The notes: generated from the sequence alone by a model not told the origin. A stretch of 64,000 nucleotides of DNA from an uncultured Alphaproteobacteria bacterium (GCA_944391485.1 CALXTQ010000009.1:1319-65318); one strand, 5' to 3'. Numbered from the stretch's first letter, positions 1-9,614 are shown. Program-made: numbers and translations.

Positions 1-294
1 CGTCATGATAATGGTAGCGTATGCAACGCCTTCCCGACCGAACAGATTTATCAAGACACTGGTGGATAAGGCGGTAGCCAGCGTGTTGGAAAGATTGGAA
101 CCGAGCAGGGTTGTGATTATAAGCCTGTCGCGATGGGCAAAAAGTCCGTTGATTATCTTTGCCCGGCGGTTGCTGCCGTTTCTTTCCATATCTATCATAT
201 AAGCCTGCGAAGCTCCGGTCAGAGCAGTTTCGGAACCAGAGAAAAAGGCTGAAAGCAACAAAAGTAAGATAATCGCGACGAGAGATATTATCAT
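1..294 (-). CDS. N-terminal part of a CNNM/DUF21-domain membrane protein (TlyC/CorC hemolysin-like transporter family); the gene continues past the left edge of the window
   Basis: Manual minus-strand translation from the ATG at 294..292: MIISLVAIILLLLLSAFFSGSETALTGASQAYMIDMERNGSNRRAKIINGLFAHRDRLIITTLLGSNLSNTLATALSTSVLINLFGREGVAYATIIMT... The SAFFSGSETAL motif and TM helices are typical of the DUF21 N-terminus. The start overlaps the aroK stop (ATGA). The plus-strand ORF 5..202 is its antisense shadow. Confidence 0.55.
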   Translation of the reverse strand, partial: MIISLVAIILLLLLSAFFSGSETALTGASQAYMIDMERNGSNRRAKIINGLFAHRDRLIITTLLGSNLSNTLATALSTSVLINLFGREGVAYATIIMT

Positions 295-857
295 GGCTGT
301 TCCTTGGCTAAAAAGTCATTTATGGCATCCACTACGCGGGCGACTGTATTGTCTACCTGTTCTTCCTTGGTTTCTACGACAATGTCGGCTTCCGAGTAAT
401 AGGGATATTCCTCATTAATGTATTTTTCCAGTTTGTTTTTCAAATGTTCGTCATTGCCTTTGAGAAACGGGCGGTGCTTGCGTCCGGCCGTCCGGTTGTA
501 AAGGATCTCGACATCGGCCTTGAGCCAGATTGTGATGGCATGCTCGCGGGCGAGAAGCCTTGTCTGCTCCGCAACAAAAGAACCTCCGCCGGAAGCCAGA
601 ACGCATGGGGATCCCTGCAGAAGGCGCTTCATGACCCTTTTTTCGCCGGCGCGGTATTCTTCTTCGCCGAAACATTTCAGGACGTCTACCAGAGACAGTC
701 CCGCCGCTTTTTCTATTTCTTGATCTCCGTCAACGAACGGGAGATCCAGTTTTTTTGCCAGACGCTTGCCGACACTGGTTTTTCCGCTTCCCATCAGTCC
801 GACAAGCAAAATAATCTTATCTGTTTTTTTTAGCATTTTTTTTAATTTTTCTTTCAA
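291..857 (-). CDS. aroK: shikimate kinase
   Basis: 188 aa. Walker A LVGLMGSGKTSVG near the N-terminus, followed by the LPFVDGDQEIE pattern typical of shikimate kinase. Confidence 0.85.
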   Translation of the reverse strand: MKEKLKKMLKKTDKIILLVGLMGSGKTSVGKRLAKKLDLPFVDGDQEIEKAAGLSLVDVLKCFGEEEYRAGEKRVMKRLLQGSPCVLASGGGSFVAEQTRLLAREHAITIWLKADVEILYNRTAGRKHRPFLKGNDEHLKNKLEKYINEEYPYYSEADIVVETKEEQVDNTVARVVDAINDFLAKEQP

Positions 858-925
858 TCTCTTTTGATAAATAATATAGTGTAATCAAACCATATTTATC
901 AATATTTTTTTATAAGGTATATATC

Positions 926-1069
926 ATGAGACAGAAAAAATCAAAAATAATCTTTTATGTTCTTGGTGCGGTGGTTGTTTTGGGAATTTTGTTTGCGGCC
1001 TCCCGCGAAGTACCGGTTTCGTCAGAACATGTCGAGCAACCGCTAGAAAATACTTTTCTGAATAAGTAG
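926..1069 (+). CDS. small predicted membrane protein (47 aa), absent from the ORF track because it is under 60 aa
   Basis: ATG at 926 to TAG at 1067-1069: MRQKKSKIIFYVLGAVVVLGILFAASREVPVSSEHVEQPLENTFLNK. One clear TM helix. Lies in the aroK-xerD gap. Confidence 0.3.
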   Translation: MRQKKSKIIFYVLGAVVVLGILFAASREVPVSSEHVEQPLENTFLNK

Positions 1070-1077
1070 CGGTTTTT

Positions 1078-1974
1078 ATGGCAGACAGCGAAATAACAGA
1101 GTTTTTGGAGATGATGGCCGCAGAAAAAGGCGCCTCCCTGAATACGATTGACGCTTACCGCCGCGATCTGGTTTTGTTCAGATCCATTATTGCAAAAGCC
1201 TCGTCTCAGGTTCGGCCGGATGATATTTCGGAATATATCCGGGAGCTCAGCAAAAAGAAATTTGCGACCAAAACAATTCTGCGCCGTCTTTCCGCCGTGC
1301 GTGAATTTTTTAAGTTTTTGTTTTCAGAAGGGAGAATCAGCGATAATCCGGCGGCAAATACAGAATCTCCCAAACGGGAAAAACCTCTGCCGGAGTTTTT
1401 GACGGAAAAAGATGTTGCCGAACTGATTGCCGCCGCTGAAAAAAATACGGATATCAGAAGCCGGCGGACCGCGACAATGCTGAAGCTGATGTATGCCTGC
1501 GGCCTGCGCGTTTCGGAACTTGTTTCCCTGCCGGAAAATTGTATCAATTATGAAAAGAGGCAACTTTTGGTCCGAGGTAAGGGCAGCAAGGAAAGGGTCG
1601 TTCCCATAAGTTCGGAAGCTTTAGACGCTGTCAGCAGTTATCTGGAAATCCGCGAAAGTTTTTTGCGGGCGGGACGGCGGTCGGTCTGGCTGTTCCCGTC
1701 TTCGACGGCGGATTCCGGTCATGTCAGTCGGTTCAGTTTTTATAACAATCTTAAAAAACTGGCCTTATTGACGAATGTTCCCGTTTCAAAGGTTCATCCC
1801 CATGTTTTGCGTCATTCTTTTGCCACACATTTGCTGAATTGCGGCGCTGATCTGCGATCGGTGCAAAAAATGCTCGGCCATGAAGATATCGGCACAACGG
1901 AAATTTATACCCATGTTCTTTCGGATAAACTGGCAGAAGTCGTCCGGGAGAAACATCCTTTGGCGAAAGTGTAG
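1078..1974 (+). CDS. xerD: site-specific tyrosine recombinase XerD
   Basis: 298 aa. N-terminal LSxNTIDAYRRDL core-binding motif. C-terminal catalytic region with RVSEL..., HVLRHSFATHLL (HxxR) and GTTEIYTHV (catalytic Tyr). Confidence 0.8.
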   Translation: MADSEITEFLEMMAAEKGASLNTIDAYRRDLVLFRSIIAKASSQVRPDDISEYIRELSKKKFATKTILRRLSAVREFFKFLFSEGRISDNPAANTESPKREKPLPEFLTEKDVAELIAAAEKNTDIRSRRTATMLKLMYACGLRVSELVSLPENCINYEKRQLLVRGKGSKERVVPISSEALDAVSSYLEIRESFLRAGRRSVWLFPSSTADSGHVSRFSFYNNLKKLALLTNVPVSKVHPHVLRHSFATHLLNCGADLRSVQKMLGHEDIGTTEIYTHVLSDKLAEVVREKHPLAKV

Positions 1975-2000
1975 AATCTGTGTAAGAATATATTAAAAAG

Positions 2001-2031
2001 CAAAAGAGGAAGCCGAACAGCTTCCTCTTTG
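2001..2031. terminator. bidirectional Rho-independent terminator between convergent xerD and ORF 2045..2944
   Basis: Perfect hairpin AGAGGAAGC-cgaaca-GCTTCCTCT (2005-2028) with an A-rich run before and a T run after. Confidence 0.5.
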
Positions 2032-2044
2032 TCAACGTTAATAA

Positions 2045-2944
2045 TTAAGCGCGCTTTTTTTCGAGCGCTTTTTTCTTTTCCCGGCAGAAAATGTTTACCA
2101 AATCCGCCACGGTGGAATTTCTCGTGATTTCTCCGATAAAATTCCGTTTGGGATCATCGTTCAGAAGATGATAAACCAGTACGCCGGCCTCATCTTCCGT
2201 CCAGGCTACAGCCAAATCCCAGTTTTCAGGGCCGCCGAAGTCCTGCGGATAGCATTCCCGGACTTTCAGTTCCAGCAGAGCGTCGTTGACCGGCTGTCCG
2301 ATGATGCCGGCGTATACTGCCAGTACATAAGCCCGGAAAATGTTCAACTCATCTTCAAGGCTCTTTTCTTTCGGCTGAAAGATTTTAGTCCGGATCCGGT
2401 TGATTTTTACGCTTCCCGTTGTGGAGAAGTAATCGGCGATGTCGCCGAAAGTTGCTTCTTCGTCAAGGTACTGCAACGGTTGGCCGCAATCGGCTGTCAG
2501 CTGGCGTCCCGTCAGGTATTCCATGGCCTCGACCATGTCAATCAGTAAAGGCCGCATGACCAAAGAGGAGCTGATCTTGCTTTTGATCAGATTTTCTTTG
2601 CTGACACCGGAATATTTGGAAAAATAATCCAGTATTTCGACACGACGCAGAGTCAGCAGCGCGTTGATTTTTCCGGCGTAGAAATCAGCGACAGTTCCCA
2701 AAGAGATTTTGCCGCAGAAGTCTTTCCAAACGTCTTTGTTGGCCTTTTGGTTGGTTTTGTTGGCCAGTCGTCTGGTAATTGTTTCCATTCCTTTCGGACC
2801 AATTACCGAGGACGGAAGCATCATGATTTCTGCAATTGCCAGATCCCGTTTTTCACCCAGGGGCAAAGCGTAGGTTTCCCCTAATTCCTTGTTGCTGCGG
2901 ATTGCTTTTAGAGCAAGATAAGCAGCGATAATTTTTCTGTCCAT
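2045..2944 (-). CDS. hypothetical protein (299 aa), no recognisable family
   Basis: Long ORF with typical codon usage and no TM or signal peptide. First gene of a three-gene unknown block between xerD and ksgA. Confidence 0.5.
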   Translation of the reverse strand: MDRKIIAAYLALKAIRSNKELGETYALPLGEKRDLAIAEIMMLPSSVIGPKGMETITRRLANKTNQKANKDVWKDFCGKISLGTVADFYAGKINALLTLRRVEILDYFSKYSGVSKENLIKSKISSSLVMRPLLIDMVEAMEYLTGRQLTADCGQPLQYLDEEATFGDIADYFSTTGSVKINRIRTKIFQPKEKSLEDELNIFRAYVLAVYAGIIGQPVNDALLELKVRECYPQDFGGPENWDLAVAWTEDEAGVLVYHLLNDDPKRNFIGEITRNSTVADLVNIFCREKKKALEKKRA

Positions 2945-3195
2945 AATAAAAACATATTTTTAATGGTTTAGGTAAGGAGTAACATTTTTGAAGTTTTAAA
3001 TCAAGTATTATTTGAGATAATTGACGAAAAATTTATGCTGTTTTGTCGATGAATATGGCGGCGGCTTTAATTATTTCTGTTCGGTGGTTTTTCAGAATTG
3101 TTCTTTGATAGGTATTTTTTTTGTTTGTTTCAACTATTCGGTGTTTAAAAACAAAAAAAGAGAGGGGTTGGATAAACCGCTCTCTTTTTGAGTAA

Positions 3196-3414
3196 CTAAT
3201 TACCGCTGGCGGATGCCAGAATGCCGGCAAAATCCTCAAGATTTTTTTCGGCATTGTGCGTAAACAGTTCATTGACGTTGTTCAGATTTTTGAAGTGATC
3301 AATGATTTTTTCCCGCGGGCCGGCTGAAAGTTGAGAGACTTTCGTTGAACCGGCGCGATTGAGACTGATGCCCTGGGCAGACGCAATCAGCGATAATACA
3401 ACTTCTTTTTTCAT
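3196..3414 (-). CDS. hypothetical small protein (72 aa)
   Basis: ORF MKKEVVLSLIASAQGISLNRAGSTKVSQLS... Terminator-like hairpins sit on both sides (3158-3188 and 3494-3521). Confidence 0.35.
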   Translation of the reverse strand: MKKEVVLSLIASAQGISLNRAGSTKVSQLSAGPREKIIDHFKNLNNVNELFTHNAEKNLEDFAGILASASGN

Positions 3415-3487
3415 AGTATAGCATAATTATATTAAACATGGGCAAGATGTACCATTTTACCGGACAAAAATCAAGATTTAATGAGCA

Positions 3488-3528
3488 GAAAAACAAAGAG
3501 AGAACCGGAGTTCTCTCTTTGTTTTATT
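3488..3528. terminator. strong bidirectional Rho-independent terminator
   Basis: Perfect 12-bp stem CAAAGAGAGAAC-cgga-GTTCTCTCTTTG (3494-3521), flanked by an A-run upstream and TTTTATTTG downstream. Lies immediately 3' of minus-strand gene 3524..4057. Confidence 0.55.
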
Positions 3529-4057
3529 TGTCCGAAAGATAGGCGACCAGATCCGCCACTGTTGTCTCCGGAGGAAGTTTGTGCGGCACGGGTTTGCGAA
3601 AAAAACGGCAGCACCAGATCAGAAGCGTCCGGTATCCTGTCGGGTCATGCGCGCAGACGGGCGGGATCAGGTTCTTGACAGGCGTTGTCAGATCCAGATA
3701 CGCCGGGGCAATTTCCATCTGGTCCGCGATATAACGGATAACCAGATTGTTGCTTACGCAGGGTTTCAGAAAAGCGGCTCTGGCTTTTGCCATCTTATAT
3801 GGCGGCGTGGCCAAAAATTCGGCAAACTCACCGATTGTCAGATCCTGTTCTTTCAGGCGTCTTTCAATGAAGCCCCAGGGATTGAAAGAGCTGTTGCTGA
3901 ACTCTTTGCTCCCTATTTTTTTCTTAACATATTCCAGAACGGAGCGCATATATTCCGGCGCTACTTTTTCTGATTTTAATGATAAGTTCTCAACCGAAGT
4001 ACGGTCAAAGTTGAGCTTTCTGGCAAAGATCCCAACAATATAATTTTTTGTATGCAT
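3524..4057 (-). CDS. hypothetical protein (177 aa), no recognisable family
   Basis: ORF MHTKNYIVGIFARKLNFDRTSVENLSLKSEK... with Cys-containing C-terminal segments (PVCAHDP, WCCRFFRKPVPH). Ends directly at the 3494-3521 terminator. Confidence 0.5.
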   Translation of the reverse strand: MHTKNYIVGIFARKLNFDRTSVENLSLKSEKVAPEYMRSVLEYVKKKIGSKEFSNSSFNPWGFIERRLKEQDLTIGEFAEFLATPPYKMAKARAAFLKPCVSNNLVIRYIADQMEIAPAYLDLTTPVKNLIPPVCAHDPTGYRTLLIWCCRFFRKPVPHKLPPETTVADLVAYLSDK

Positions 4058-4137
4058 ATGGTTATATATAATAATTTACGATTTGACTTATTCTTATATC
4101 ACAGGGACGATGAGTTATCAACAAAAATTTGACAAAA

Positions 4138-4992
4138 TTAAAGAAGGCTGGCCAGATGCAGATATTGTTCCGGCGTGATCTGTTCGGCTCTGGCTGTCAA
4201 AGGAATATCGGCAATCCGGCATTTTTCTTCCAGGTCAGGAACGGATTTTAGGCTCTGACGAATCATTTTGCGCCGCTGACCGAAAGCAAGAGCGGCCAGT
4301 TTTTCAATACCGGCAATTTGTCTGGCGTCCGGAATATTGCTTAATGGCCGGAACAGCAGAATGCTGGACCAGATTTTTGGAGCGGGGACAAAACATTCGG
4401 GATTGAGGTCAAACAGCCGGTCAATCCGGCAGATCAGCTGCGACAAAACGGAGATGCGTCCGTAGTCTTTTGTTTCCGTCGGCGCGGTGATACGGTCGGC
4501 AACTTCTTTCTGAAACATCAGAGTCATGCTCTGGTAAGCGGGCATTTGCTTGAGCCACGAAACCAACAGTGGCACGGAAATATTATAGGGCAGATTGCTG
4601 ACGATGTGGCGGGGCGCGGAATCTCTGCGGCTTAAGTCTGTCTGCAGGGCGTCGCCGTTAATAATTTCCATCCGGCTGCCGAATCTTTCTCTGAGCTCCT
4701 CCATAATGGCAATGCAACGGTCGTCCATTTCTATAACGGTCAGTTTGTCTGGCGCGCAGGCAAGAACAGAACGTGTCAGACCGCCCGGTCCGGGGCCGAT
4801 TTCGTAAACGGAAGCTCCTGAGTAGTCTGCCAAATTCTGTCTGGCGAGCGACAGTCGGATGATTTTATCGGTGATATTCCGGTCCAGAAGAAAGTTCTGT
4901 CCCAGCGCTTTTTTGGCCAGAAGCCCGTGAGCCTCTACCGTTAGGCGCAGGCTGGGAAAAGAATCGATAATTTCGGCCGGTGTCAGAGGCAT
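4138..4992 (-). CDS. rsmA: 16S rRNA (adenine1518/1519-N6)-dimethyltransferase RsmA/KsgA
   Basis: 284 aa. GQNFLLD N-terminal motif, SAM-binding YEIGPGPGGLT, NLPYNIS catalytic motif. Confidence 0.85.
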   Translation of the reverse strand: MPLTPAEIIDSFPSLRLTVEAHGLLAKKALGQNFLLDRNITDKIIRLSLARQNLADYSGASVYEIGPGPGGLTRSVLACAPDKLTVIEMDDRCIAIMEELRERFGSRMEIINGDALQTDLSRRDSAPRHIVSNLPYNISVPLLVSWLKQMPAYQSMTLMFQKEVADRITAPTETKDYGRISVLSQLICRIDRLFDLNPECFVPAPKIWSSILLFRPLSNIPDARQIAGIEKLAALAFGQRRKMIRQSLKSVPDLEEKCRIADIPLTARAEQITPEQYLHLASLL

Positions 4993-4993
4993 T

Positions 4994-6085
4994 TCAGTTT
5001 CTCAGTTCAATGACGGCCGCCTGCCGCAGGTTTTGCAGATGACGGGACGCCAGTTCTTCCATACGGCGATTTTCAAGAAACTTTTTGATATTTTCTATGG
5101 TCGGTTCTTCGGCCGTGTCTTTTTTGGGATCAAAAACTTTTTCCAGTTTCAGAATATAGTAATCGCCGTTGACGTTAATCGGGGACGAAACATCGCCGGG
5201 TTTCATTTTGCCGAGAGCGGAGGAGAGCGGCGCAATCAGACGCTCTTTGTTGATCCAGCCGAGTTTGCCGCCACCGGCCGCGCTTGGAGCCTCCGAAAAC
5301 TGCATGGCATAAAGTTCAAAACGAGGATCCTGCCGCAGGTTTGCGACCAAATCATTCAGGTTTTTGGCGTTGTTTTTCTTTATCAGAATTTCCGAAACCA
5401 TGTATTTAGGTGTGTTGAGATCTTTGACGGCCGCAGCCTGAGCTTCTTCAAGCTCTTTCTGGGTCAGTTCTCCTTCGGCCAGGGTCTTTTTGCGAACCAG
5501 ACGGACCCAGGCCAGGTCTGATTTCATCTGCTCGCGGAAGACATCTTCGCTGACGCCGGCTTCTTTCAGAATATTTTTAAGCTGTCCGTGCGGTATTTTA
5601 TTGGTCTTTTCAAAAAAGCGGACGGAGTTGTCAATGTCTTTTTCCGTTATGGTAATTCCGTTTTTTTCGGCATCCTGTATTTTCAGCTTTTCGTCAATGG
5701 CGGCTTGCAGCGTCCGATGGATAATCAGATCTTTAGTCTGCTCATTGAGCGGAATTTGCGTGTTCATAACAAAAGCATTGATTCTGTTTTGCAGGTCGTC
5801 CGTGGAAATGATTTCGCCGTTAACGAGAGCAACGATTTTGACGCCGTTTCCGAACAATTTTACGGGGACGGGCTTCGGCGCGGGGGCCGGCTGCGGTTCG
5901 GCGATTTCTTCACGCTGCATGACGGAAGGCGGTTCCGGAACTTCTTCTGCCCGGTTTTTGAAAACAACGGAATTTTGCCCGGCCGCCGGTCTGTCCGCCC
6001 CAATCTGCGAGAGGTCTATCTGCGCATAAACGGGGAATGCACCGGCTGCTGCCAAAAGAAACGAAATCATCAAAAGTTTTTTCAT
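4994..6085 (-). CDS. surA: periplasmic chaperone / parvulin-type PPIase SurA (single-PPIase-domain form)
   Basis: 363 aa with a signal peptide (MKKLLMISFLLAAAGAFPVYA). SurA N-terminal chaperone region plus one parvulin domain (GGKLGWINKERL... DYYILKLEKV). Sits between lptD and ksgA as in proteobacteria. Confidence 0.75.
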   Translation of the reverse strand: MKKLLMISFLLAAAGAFPVYAQIDLSQIGADRPAAGQNSVVFKNRAEEVPEPPSVMQREEIAEPQPAPAPKPVPVKLFGNGVKIVALVNGEIISTDDLQNRINAFVMNTQIPLNEQTKDLIIHRTLQAAIDEKLKIQDAEKNGITITEKDIDNSVRFFEKTNKIPHGQLKNILKEAGVSEDVFREQMKSDLAWVRLVRKKTLAEGELTQKELEEAQAAAVKDLNTPKYMVSEILIKKNNAKNLNDLVANLRQDPRFELYAMQFSEAPSAAGGGKLGWINKERLIAPLSSALGKMKPGDVSSPINVNGDYYILKLEKVFDPKKDTAEEPTIENIKKFLENRRMEELASRHLQNLRQAAVIELRN

Positions 6086-6104
6086 GCATTATTCTCCTTG
6101 ATAA

Positions 6105-8390
6105 TTACCGGGAACCGATGCCGCCGAGGGTCTTCAGCATAAACGTAAAGCTGAATTCGTAGTCTCCTTCGAAATCGGGATCATCAGAATTATATCGCCT
6201 TACATTGGTAACCAGTTTGAGGCATTCGTCCTCATATGTGAGGTTGCCGCCGTGCTCAAGAGAGCCGACGCCGTGGGGAGCCAGATCCTGGCGGTTGTAA
6301 AGGGTAATTGTCCAGTCACGGCTGAGCTTGGCTGTCAGAGCCGTATACAGCTCCTTGCGTTCGCTGGGGTCAAACGAAGAAGAGGACGCGTTGTTTTCCT
6401 GCAGATAAATATAGGAAACCGTCATGCGCAGCATGTCGGGACCCATTGCGGCGCCCAGTTCGCTGTAACGCATTTTGAAATTGTCTTTGTCCATACGGAA
6501 ACGGTAGTTTAAATCAAGATATTCGGATGGCGAAGCGTAAATGCGGCCGACATAGTCGGTAAAGCTGCTATCTTCGTTAATACCTTCGGCAAAGCTTTCG
6601 TCTTTGCTGAATTTATAACTCTGGGCGATAAAGGCGGAGGTGCGCCCCATGATGTCGCCGTACGAACTCCAGTTAATACCGTAGCTGATACGGCTTCCCG
6701 TGTCGTTGCGGTCATAGCCCGCATAACGGTCGATATCGAGGATGTTGCTGTCGGAAAGTTCCGAATCCTGACTGTCTTCATTCGGAATTTTATCAATTTT
6801 GTTGCCGCCGTCGGGAGCTAATACCGCCACGACGACAGGCTCAATAATTTGACGCGTGTTTTCCGTCGCGCGAATAAAGGGTAGGCGCCATTCCAAACCT
6901 AACTGCGGAAAGACGCGGGCAACTGTGCCCGTGTAGTTTTCATCCAGTGAATTGGTATAATCGTCCACATAATATAAATCGGATTTGACGGATGCGACCA
7001 TTCTGTATTTTTCGCCGTAGGGGCTGGTATAAGGTAAAACCCAGGAGTTGATCATTGAGGCGCGCTGGGTCGTGGTGTCGTCTTCACGGTAGACAGAAGC
7101 AAAGTTGAAAGTGTTCTTCATGTAAGAACCGTATTTTCCCGTTTCGCTAATGTTTTCATATTCCATAAGCGGCAGAACGGTCGGTTTGCCAAGGTTGCGC
7201 CGGTCGAATTCCTTTTGGTCATATTCGCGCAGAGTATAGCTGATCAGCTTGTAATAATATGCCTCGATTGAAGCGTAGTTGCGATTGTCAAAGCCCTGCA
7301 GGCTCAGTTTCGAGGTCAGCCAGGCATCGTCTTTGTAAGGCAGGGACAGGTCTTTGAGGTAAAGGCTGTCAGACGCATAATTAACGTCGGCTTCCGCCAG
7401 CCAGAAGTCGTTGACTTCATAACGCCCTTTCAGAAACATATTGCCGCGGTTGCGGTCGTCATCTTCGTCGTGCAGGAAAGATCCGGTGATGTCAATATCG
7501 CCGTTGTATACATATTTACGATACTGTCCGTTCCAAACAATTCCCTTGTCGGAAGAAAGCATGGGTGAGAAAAGAAAGTCTTCGTGGTCGGATATGTTCC
7601 AGAAATAACGGGGCTGGAAATAGCCGCCGATATAACTGTTGCTGCCGATGGTCGGCGCAATGAAGCCGGAGCGGCGTTTGACCGTCGGATCCGGATGGGA
7701 AAGAAAAGGTGTGTAGAAAACGGGTACGCCCTTTACTTCAATAAAGGCGTCGTTGTAATAAACATCCTTGCTGGCGGCGTCATGCTTGACTTTTCGCGCC
7801 TTAATCTGCCACAGGGGTTCTTTGTTGCGGCAGACGTCGCAGGGGGAGTAGACCACATTTTCCATGACTTTGTTGTCGTTGGCCATTTTGCGGAATTTTC
7901 TGGCGGCAATACGCGTTTCGTCGCGCATGATGACGCGCACGTCCGTCATGTGACCTTTGGTCATCTGCTCGCTCAGTTCGACATAGTCCGAAAAAATGAC
8001 GCTGCCGTCCGGTTGGACGATACTGACGTCGCCAACGGCCGTAACAATATCTTCTTTTTGGTTGTAGATCACTTTGTCCGCTTTGAGTGTCATATTTTCT
8101 CTGATGATGTTGACATCGCCTTTGGCGGTGATTGTCTGCAATTCATCGTTGTTTTCCATTTCGTCGGCACTGAAATAAATATCCGGCGCTTCTTTTTCAA
8201 TCTTTTGTGGTTCGGGTTCGTGCATAAAACCCGTCATGTTCATTTTGGGATCATAATTTACATAAGGTTTGGGAGCGCTTTTTTTTCCGGAAACGGGAAT
8301 AATAATGGTTTCTTCAGCAAAAACAGCGCCGGCATGCAATAAGAGGCCGGCGGCGGCAAAAAGCCATGTTCTGCTGAAAATTTTATTCAT
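6105..8390 (-). CDS. lptD: LPS-assembly outer-membrane protein LptD (OstA/Imp)
   Basis: 761 aa with a signal peptide (MNKIFSRTWLFAAAGLLLHAGAVFA). Large beta-rich protein with an OstA-like N-domain. Conserved position between lptG and surA. Confidence 0.7.
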   Translation of the reverse strand: MNKIFSRTWLFAAAGLLLHAGAVFAEETIIIPVSGKKSAPKPYVNYDPKMNMTGFMHEPEPQKIEKEAPDIYFSADEMENNDELQTITAKGDVNIIRENMTLKADKVIYNQKEDIVTAVGDVSIVQPDGSVIFSDYVELSEQMTKGHMTDVRVIMRDETRIAARKFRKMANDNKVMENVVYSPCDVCRNKEPLWQIKARKVKHDAASKDVYYNDAFIEVKGVPVFYTPFLSHPDPTVKRRSGFIAPTIGSNSYIGGYFQPRYFWNISDHEDFLFSPMLSSDKGIVWNGQYRKYVYNGDIDITGSFLHDEDDDRNRGNMFLKGRYEVNDFWLAEADVNYASDSLYLKDLSLPYKDDAWLTSKLSLQGFDNRNYASIEAYYYKLISYTLREYDQKEFDRRNLGKPTVLPLMEYENISETGKYGSYMKNTFNFASVYREDDTTTQRASMINSWVLPYTSPYGEKYRMVASVKSDLYYVDDYTNSLDENYTGTVARVFPQLGLEWRLPFIRATENTRQIIEPVVVAVLAPDGGNKIDKIPNEDSQDSELSDSNILDIDRYAGYDRNDTGSRISYGINWSSYGDIMGRTSAFIAQSYKFSKDESFAEGINEDSSFTDYVGRIYASPSEYLDLNYRFRMDKDNFKMRYSELGAAMGPDMLRMTVSYIYLQENNASSSSFDPSERKELYTALTAKLSRDWTITLYNRQDLAPHGVGSLEHGGNLTYEDECLKLVTNVRRYNSDDPDFEGDYEFSFTFMLKTLGGIGSR

Positions 8391-9510
8391 TCTCTAATCC
8401 TTCTTGTTTTTTCCTGCGGCGGAAGAATGCCGGATTATAGAACAATAAAAGATAAATGCAAGCGGCTAAGGGAATTGCGAAATTGGCATAAAGCAGAGGC
8501 AGGCAGTAAAGACTTTTGGCCGACATATTCGTAAAGGCCAGATCAAGAGCCTGAATTAAGACCATTGCCGAGATGGAAACGGAAATAATTTTGCTTTGTC
8601 CCCGGCGGTTGAAGTTGCCGATCAGCAGCCCGGTACAGGCCAGAAGCGCAAAAACAAGATTGAACATCGGCGTGAGAATGCGTTTGTTGCCTTCAACGAT
8701 GTAGCGGTTCACCTCGTTGGGTGTTAGGTTCGGATCGCTGCGGGCGTTGAACAGTTCTGATAGGGATTTTTCCCGCGCGCCTTCTTCCTTGGCTTTTTTC
8801 TGTCCCATATTGCCGAAGTCAACTGAATAACGGTCAAAGGAAAGAGATGAAAACTGGGAATTTGCGTTGGTTATTTCCTGACGGACGCCGTTGATCATGA
8901 TTAAACGCGGTCCCTTGTCCGTATAGACAATGCGTCCTTTTTCCGCCGACACGGTCATTTTGGATTTGGGGTTTCTTTCGTCATTGACGAGGATACCGGT
9001 AACGGAACCGTCTTTTTCATGCGTGGTAACAAAAACGGTCAGACCATATTGCAGGGTTGTAAATTCGCCTTCCCGAAACATCAGGTGCGACACGTCGTTT
9101 TTTACTTTCCATTCAAGCTCGTTGAAGGCTTTTTCCGCCTGCGGAATGCCGATGTTGTTGACATAGAGGTTGAAAACGGAAAGCATGATACCCATAAAAA
9201 GCGCGGCCTTAGCGTTCTGCCAGGGGCTGATGCCCGCGGACTGCATAACGACAAGCTCCCGGTCCGAAAGAAGACGATTGTAAACAAACAAAACGGCGAC
9301 AAACAAGGCAATTGGCGACAAAATCACAAACAGGCGCGGCATCAGTAGGGAGGTCATCTGCACAAACAAGCCGAGAGGCAGACCCTTGTTCGTGATCAGC
9401 TCCACGAAGCGCAGGGACTGCGTCAGCCAGAGAATGGAAAGCAGAGAAAAGGTAACGAGCAGGAAACCCGTTAAAATCTGTCTGGTAATGTAAATGTTCA
9501 GTTTTTTCAT
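8383..9510 (-). CDS. lptG: LPS export ABC permease, YjgP/YjgQ family (probably LptG)
   Basis: Polytopic membrane protein with a large periplasmic loop. Likely true start MKKLNIYITRQILTGF (the ORF extends upstream to 9582). Lies immediately upstream of lptD as in alphaproteobacterial lptF-lptG-lptD-surA clusters. Confidence 0.7.
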   Translation of the reverse strand: MKKLNIYITRQILTGFLLVTFSLLSILWLTQSLRFVELITNKGLPLGLFVQMTSLLMPRLFVILSPIALFVAVLFVYNRLLSDRELVVMQSAGISPWQNAKAALFMGIMLSVFNLYVNNIGIPQAEKAFNELEWKVKNDVSHLMFREGEFTTLQYGLTVFVTTHEKDGSVTGILVNDERNPKSKMTVSAEKGRIVYTDKGPRLIMINGVRQEITNANSQFSSLSFDRYSVDFGNMGQKKAKEEGAREKSLSELFNARSDPNLTPNEVNRYIVEGNKRILTPMFNLVFALLACTGLLIGNFNRRGQSKIISVSISAMVLIQALDLAFTNMSAKSLYCLPLLYANFAIPLAACIYLLLFYNPAFFRRRKKQEGLENE

Positions 9511-9614
9511 TAATTGCCCGAAATTCAAGCCGCAACAAATTATGAGCTTTTTATTGCCCTTAATGAAAGGGATTATAACCAAAATATCTTATAAAAAAAC
9601 TAATATTTTTAACT

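Noticed and set aside
5-202. Plus-strand 65-aa ORF at the left edge
   Set aside because: Antisense shadow of the DUF21-family gene that reads leftward from 294.
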